Part shown: piece by piece, positions 21,576 to 24,000 of the stretch | Layout of the letters: each line of letters begins with the position of its first letter | How positions within the stretch are numbered: position 1 is the stretch's first letter | Origin: a bacterium | GTDB taxonomy: Bacteria > Patescibacteriota > CPR2_A > CG2-30-33-46 | Assembly: GCA_037442065.1 (NCBI GenBank) | Contig: JBBIQZ010000001.1 | Location: 15,943 to 39,942 of the forward strand | Length of the DNA: 24,000 nucleotides | Reading direction: 5' to 3' | Notes under the pieces: model-generated | What the model saw: only the letters and a program-made list of their open reading frames with translations | Databases searched by the model: none | Told to the model about the DNA's origin: nothing | Position numbers and translations under genes: made by a program

Positions 21576-24000
21576 ATGTTTAAACCAGTTGATCCAAAAG
21601 TGGATTTTGTAAAGCTTGAGCACGAAATAATCGACTTTTGGGCTAAAAATAAGATTCAAGAAAAGTATCTTTTAAAAAACGAAAGTTCTAAAGAACTTTT
21701 TAGGTTTTTAGATGGACCGATAACCGCTAATAATCCGATGGGTGTTCATCATGCCTGGGGAAGAACTTACAAAGATTTATGGCAGCGATTTTTTACTATG
21801 AAAGGCAAACGTCAGCGCTACCAAAATGGCTTTGATTGCCAAGGGTTATGGGTTGAGGTGGAAGTAGAAAAGGATCTTGGGTTTAAAAATAAAAAAGATA
21901 TTGAAGATTATGGCATTGCCAAGTTTGTTAATAAATGCAAAGAGCGGGTTTTAAAATATTCTAAAATTCAAACCGAGCAATCAAAACGGCTTGGTTATTT
22001 TATGGATTGGGATAACTCCTATTACACAATGTCCGACGAAAACAATTTTGCTATTTGGAATTTTTTAAAAAGATGTCATAAAAAAGGATTTTTATACAAA
22101 GGCCGTGATGTTGTTCCTTGGTGCATTCGCTGCGGAACCGCCATTTCTCAGCATGAAATTTTAGGGGAAGAGTACAAAGAAATTACCCATAAATCAATTT
22201 ACCTAAAGCTTCCTTTAAAAGATAAGAAAAACGAGTATTTTTTGGTTTGGACAACAACTCCTTGGACTTTAACTTCCAACACGGCCTTGGCAGTAAATCC
22301 GGATTTAGATTATGTAAGAGTTAAAGTAGGAAATGATTATTTTTATCTTTCCAAAGGAACTTTATCAATAATTGAAGCCGAATATGAAGTGTCATCCCAA
22401 ATGAAAGGGAAGGAACTTTTAGGGATGGAATATGAAGGCCCGTTTAACGAGTTAGAATCACAAGAAGGAGTTTCTCGCAAAGTTATTCCCTGGACTGAAG
22501 TTGGCGAGGAAGAGGGGACGGGGATTGTTCACATTGCTCCCGGTTGTGGAGAAGAAGACTTTAAGCTAGGCAAAGAATGCGATTTAGAAATAATTTCTCC
22601 TTTAGATGATGCCGGTGTTTATAATCCGGGTTTTGGATTTTTGTCAGGCAAAAGTGTTCGTGATGTAACCGAAGCAATTTTTGAAAACTTAGAATCTAAA
22701 GGAAAAGTATTTAAGATCCATGAATACACTCATCGCTATCCAACCTGCTGGCGATGCAAAGAGGAGCTTATTTTTAGGCTGGTTGATGAGTGGTATATTG
22801 CTATGGATAAAAAAGATCCGGAAGATAAAGACAAAAGAACCTTAAGGCAACAAATGATTGATAATGCTAAGAAAATTAAATGGATTCCTGGCTTTGGTTT
22901 GGATAGGGAATTAGATTGGCTTTCTAATATGCATGATTGGCTTATTTCCAAAAAAAGGTATTGGGGATTGGCTTTGCCGATTTACGAATGTTCCTGCGGC
23001 CATTTTGAAGTTATCGGTTCTAAGGAAGAACTTAAAGAAAAGGCTTCATCTGGTTGGGGTAAATTTGAAGGGCATTCTCCTCATCGGCCCTGGATTGATG
23101 AGGTGAAAATTAAATGTTCAAAATGCGGTAGCGAAGTTAAGCGGATTTTAGACGTTGGAAATCCTTGGCTTGATGCCGGCATCGTTCCTTTTTCAACTTT
23201 AAATTATTCAAAAGATAAAAAATATTGGGAAGAATGGTTTCCGGCTGATTTTATAACTGAAAGTTTCCCTGGCCAATTTAAGAACTGGTTTTATGCCTTA
23301 ATCGCTATGGCTACTGTTTTAGAAGATAAGGCGCCCTACAAGACGGTTTTGGGTTTTGCTACCGTTAAGGACGAAAAAGGTGAAGAAATGCATAAATCTA
23401 AAGGAAATGCAATTTGGTTTGATGATGCCGCCGAGGAAATTGGGGTTGATGTGATGCGTTTTATGTATTTAAGACAAAATCCGGTTTTTAATCTTCTTTT
23501 CGGTTATCATGTTGCCGCCGATGTACGTCGAAAGATTTTAACATTTTGGAATGTTTATTCATTTTTCATAACTTATGCCTCCATTGACAAATGGCAGCCT
23601 TTAAAAGAGGGAAGCGATGTTTCTTCGAGACCGCTTTTAGATCGCTGGATTTTGTCAGAACTGAACTCTTTAATTAAATTTTCTGAAGAAGAACTAAGCC
23701 AATTTAGGGCTCATCTTTTCATGGAAAGATTAGAGCAGTTTATTGATGATTTATCAACTTGGTATGTAAGGCGTTCCAGAAGAAGATTTTGGAAATCGGA
23801 AAATGATAAAGATAAGAATTTAGCTTATCAAACCCTTTATGAAGTTTTACTTTCATTAACGAAAATTTTAGCGCCGGTTATTCCCCATATTGCCGAGGAA
23901 GTTTACAAGAATTTGTCCGATAACAAAGAAAGTGTTCATTTAGAAGATTGGCTGGAGACTAACGAAAAGCTAATAGATAGTAAGTTAAGCCAAAAAATGG
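21576..24000 (+). CDS. ileS: Isoleucyl-tRNA synthetase, 3'-partial (continues beyond the window); not in the supplied ORF track
   Basis: My own translation from the ATG at 21576 is open for 808 codons to the window end. It shows: MFKPVDPKVDF...DGPITANNPMGVHHAWGRTYKD (HIGH-type motif), WTTTPWTLTSN, DWLISKKRYWGLALPIYEC, Cys knuckles (WCIRCGT, TCWRCKE, CSCGH...CSKCGS), and EMHKSKGN (KMSKS-type motif). The minus-strand track ORFs inside it are shadows. Confidence 0.93.
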   Translation, partial: MFKPVDPKVDFVKLEHEIIDFWAKNKIQEKYLLKNESSKELFRFLDGPITANNPMGVHHAWGRTYKDLWQRFFTMKGKRQRYQNGFDCQGLWVEVEVEKDLGFKNKKDIEDYGIAKFVNKCKERVLKYSKIQTEQSKRLGYFMDWDNSYYTMSDENNFAIWNFLKRCHKKGFLYKGRDVVPWCIRCGTAISQHEILGEEYKEITHKSIYLKLPLKDKKNEYFLVWTTTPWTLTSNTALAVNPDLDYVRVKVGNDYFYLSKGTLSIIEAEYEVSSQMKGKELLGMEYEGPFNELESQEGVSRKVIPWTEVGEEEGTGIVHIAPGCGEEDFKLGKECDLEIISPLDDAGVYNPGFGFLSGKSVRDVTEAIFENLESKGKVFKIHEYTHRYPTCWRCKEELIFRLVDEWYIAMDKKDPEDKDKRTLRQQMIDNAKKIKWIPGFGLDRELDWLSNMHDWLISKKRYWGLALPIYECSCGHFEVIGSKEELKEKASSGWGKFEGHSPHRPWIDEVKIKCSKCGSEVKRILDVGNPWLDAGIVPFSTLNYSKDKKYWEEWFPADFITESFPGQFKNWFYALIAMATVLEDKAPYKTVLGFATVKDEKGEEMHKSKGNAIWFDDAAEEIGVDVMRFMYLRQNPVFNLLFGYHVAADVRRKILTFWNVYSFFITYASIDKWQPLKEGSDVSSRPLLDRWILSELNSLIKFSEEELSQFRAHLFMERLEQFIDDLSTWYVRRSRRRFWKSENDKDKNLAYQTLYEVLLSLTKILAPVIPHIAEEVYKNLSDNKESVHLEDWLETNEKLIDSKLSQKM

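Noticed and set aside
21366-22951. Track ORFs 21366-21659 (-) and 22736-22951 (-).
   Set aside because: They lie antisense to DUF167/ileS and to ileS respectively. The + strand frame encodes an unmistakable IleRS.
1-24000. Alternative genetic code (UGA recoding, as in some CPR lineages), and tRNA, rRNA, CRISPR, transposase, integrase, toxin-antitoxin or defence-system content.
   Set aside because: - All conserved genes are full length under the standard code, and TGA terminates yggT.
- No T-loop GGTTCGA-type motif occurs in any intergenic spacer.
- No spaced direct-repeat arrays are present.
- Every ORF of 60 aa or more either has a housekeeping assignment or is an antisense shadow.

Overview
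AT-rich (about one-third G+C by eye), very gene-dense bacterial chromosome segment. It reads with the standard code: TGA acts as a stop at the yggT/DUF167 junction. 23 of the 24 protein genes are on the + strand. Gene order resembles low-GC Gram-positive and Patescibacteria/CPR-like genomes; the taxonomic guess is low confidence.

Gene blocks in order:
- clpC (5' end off-window), radA, PIN/TRAM (yacL-like)
- mpg
- crp/fnr-family regulator
- secreted lytic transglycosylase, the only minus-strand gene
- HIT
- rpsU, yqeY, pgpH-like 7TM-HD, ybeY, dgkA
- ftsA, ftsZ
- class-V aminotransferase and serA-like dehydrogenase
- nrdR, nrdD, a 68-aa glycyl-radical ORF, a small redoxin, nrdG
- yggT, DUF167
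- ileS, which is absent from the ORF track because it runs off the 3' end

I found no tRNA, rRNA, CRISPR array, transposase, integrase or recognisable defence or toxin cassette. This is a housekeeping region, and I see no clear novel multi-gene system.

The most unusual features:
1. The class III ribonucleotide reductase has its canonical zinc-knuckle and glycyl-radical C-terminal module on a separate, independently translated 68-aa ORF. That ORF lies behind a structured 86-nt spacer.
2. A near-consensus CRP-type palindrome sits just downstream of the crp-family gene. It has class-II geometry to an extended -10 and is followed by about 170 nt of non-coding sequence ending in an orphan + strand intrinsic terminator. 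This is a candidate regulator-dependent sRNA.
3. Several intergenic structured elements:
   - a GC-rich, inverted-repeat-bounded ~140-nt element
   - an AC-arm/GT-arm ~135-nt hairpin
   - a terminator-containing leader

All calls rest on reading motifs by eye. No database search or folding computation was possible.
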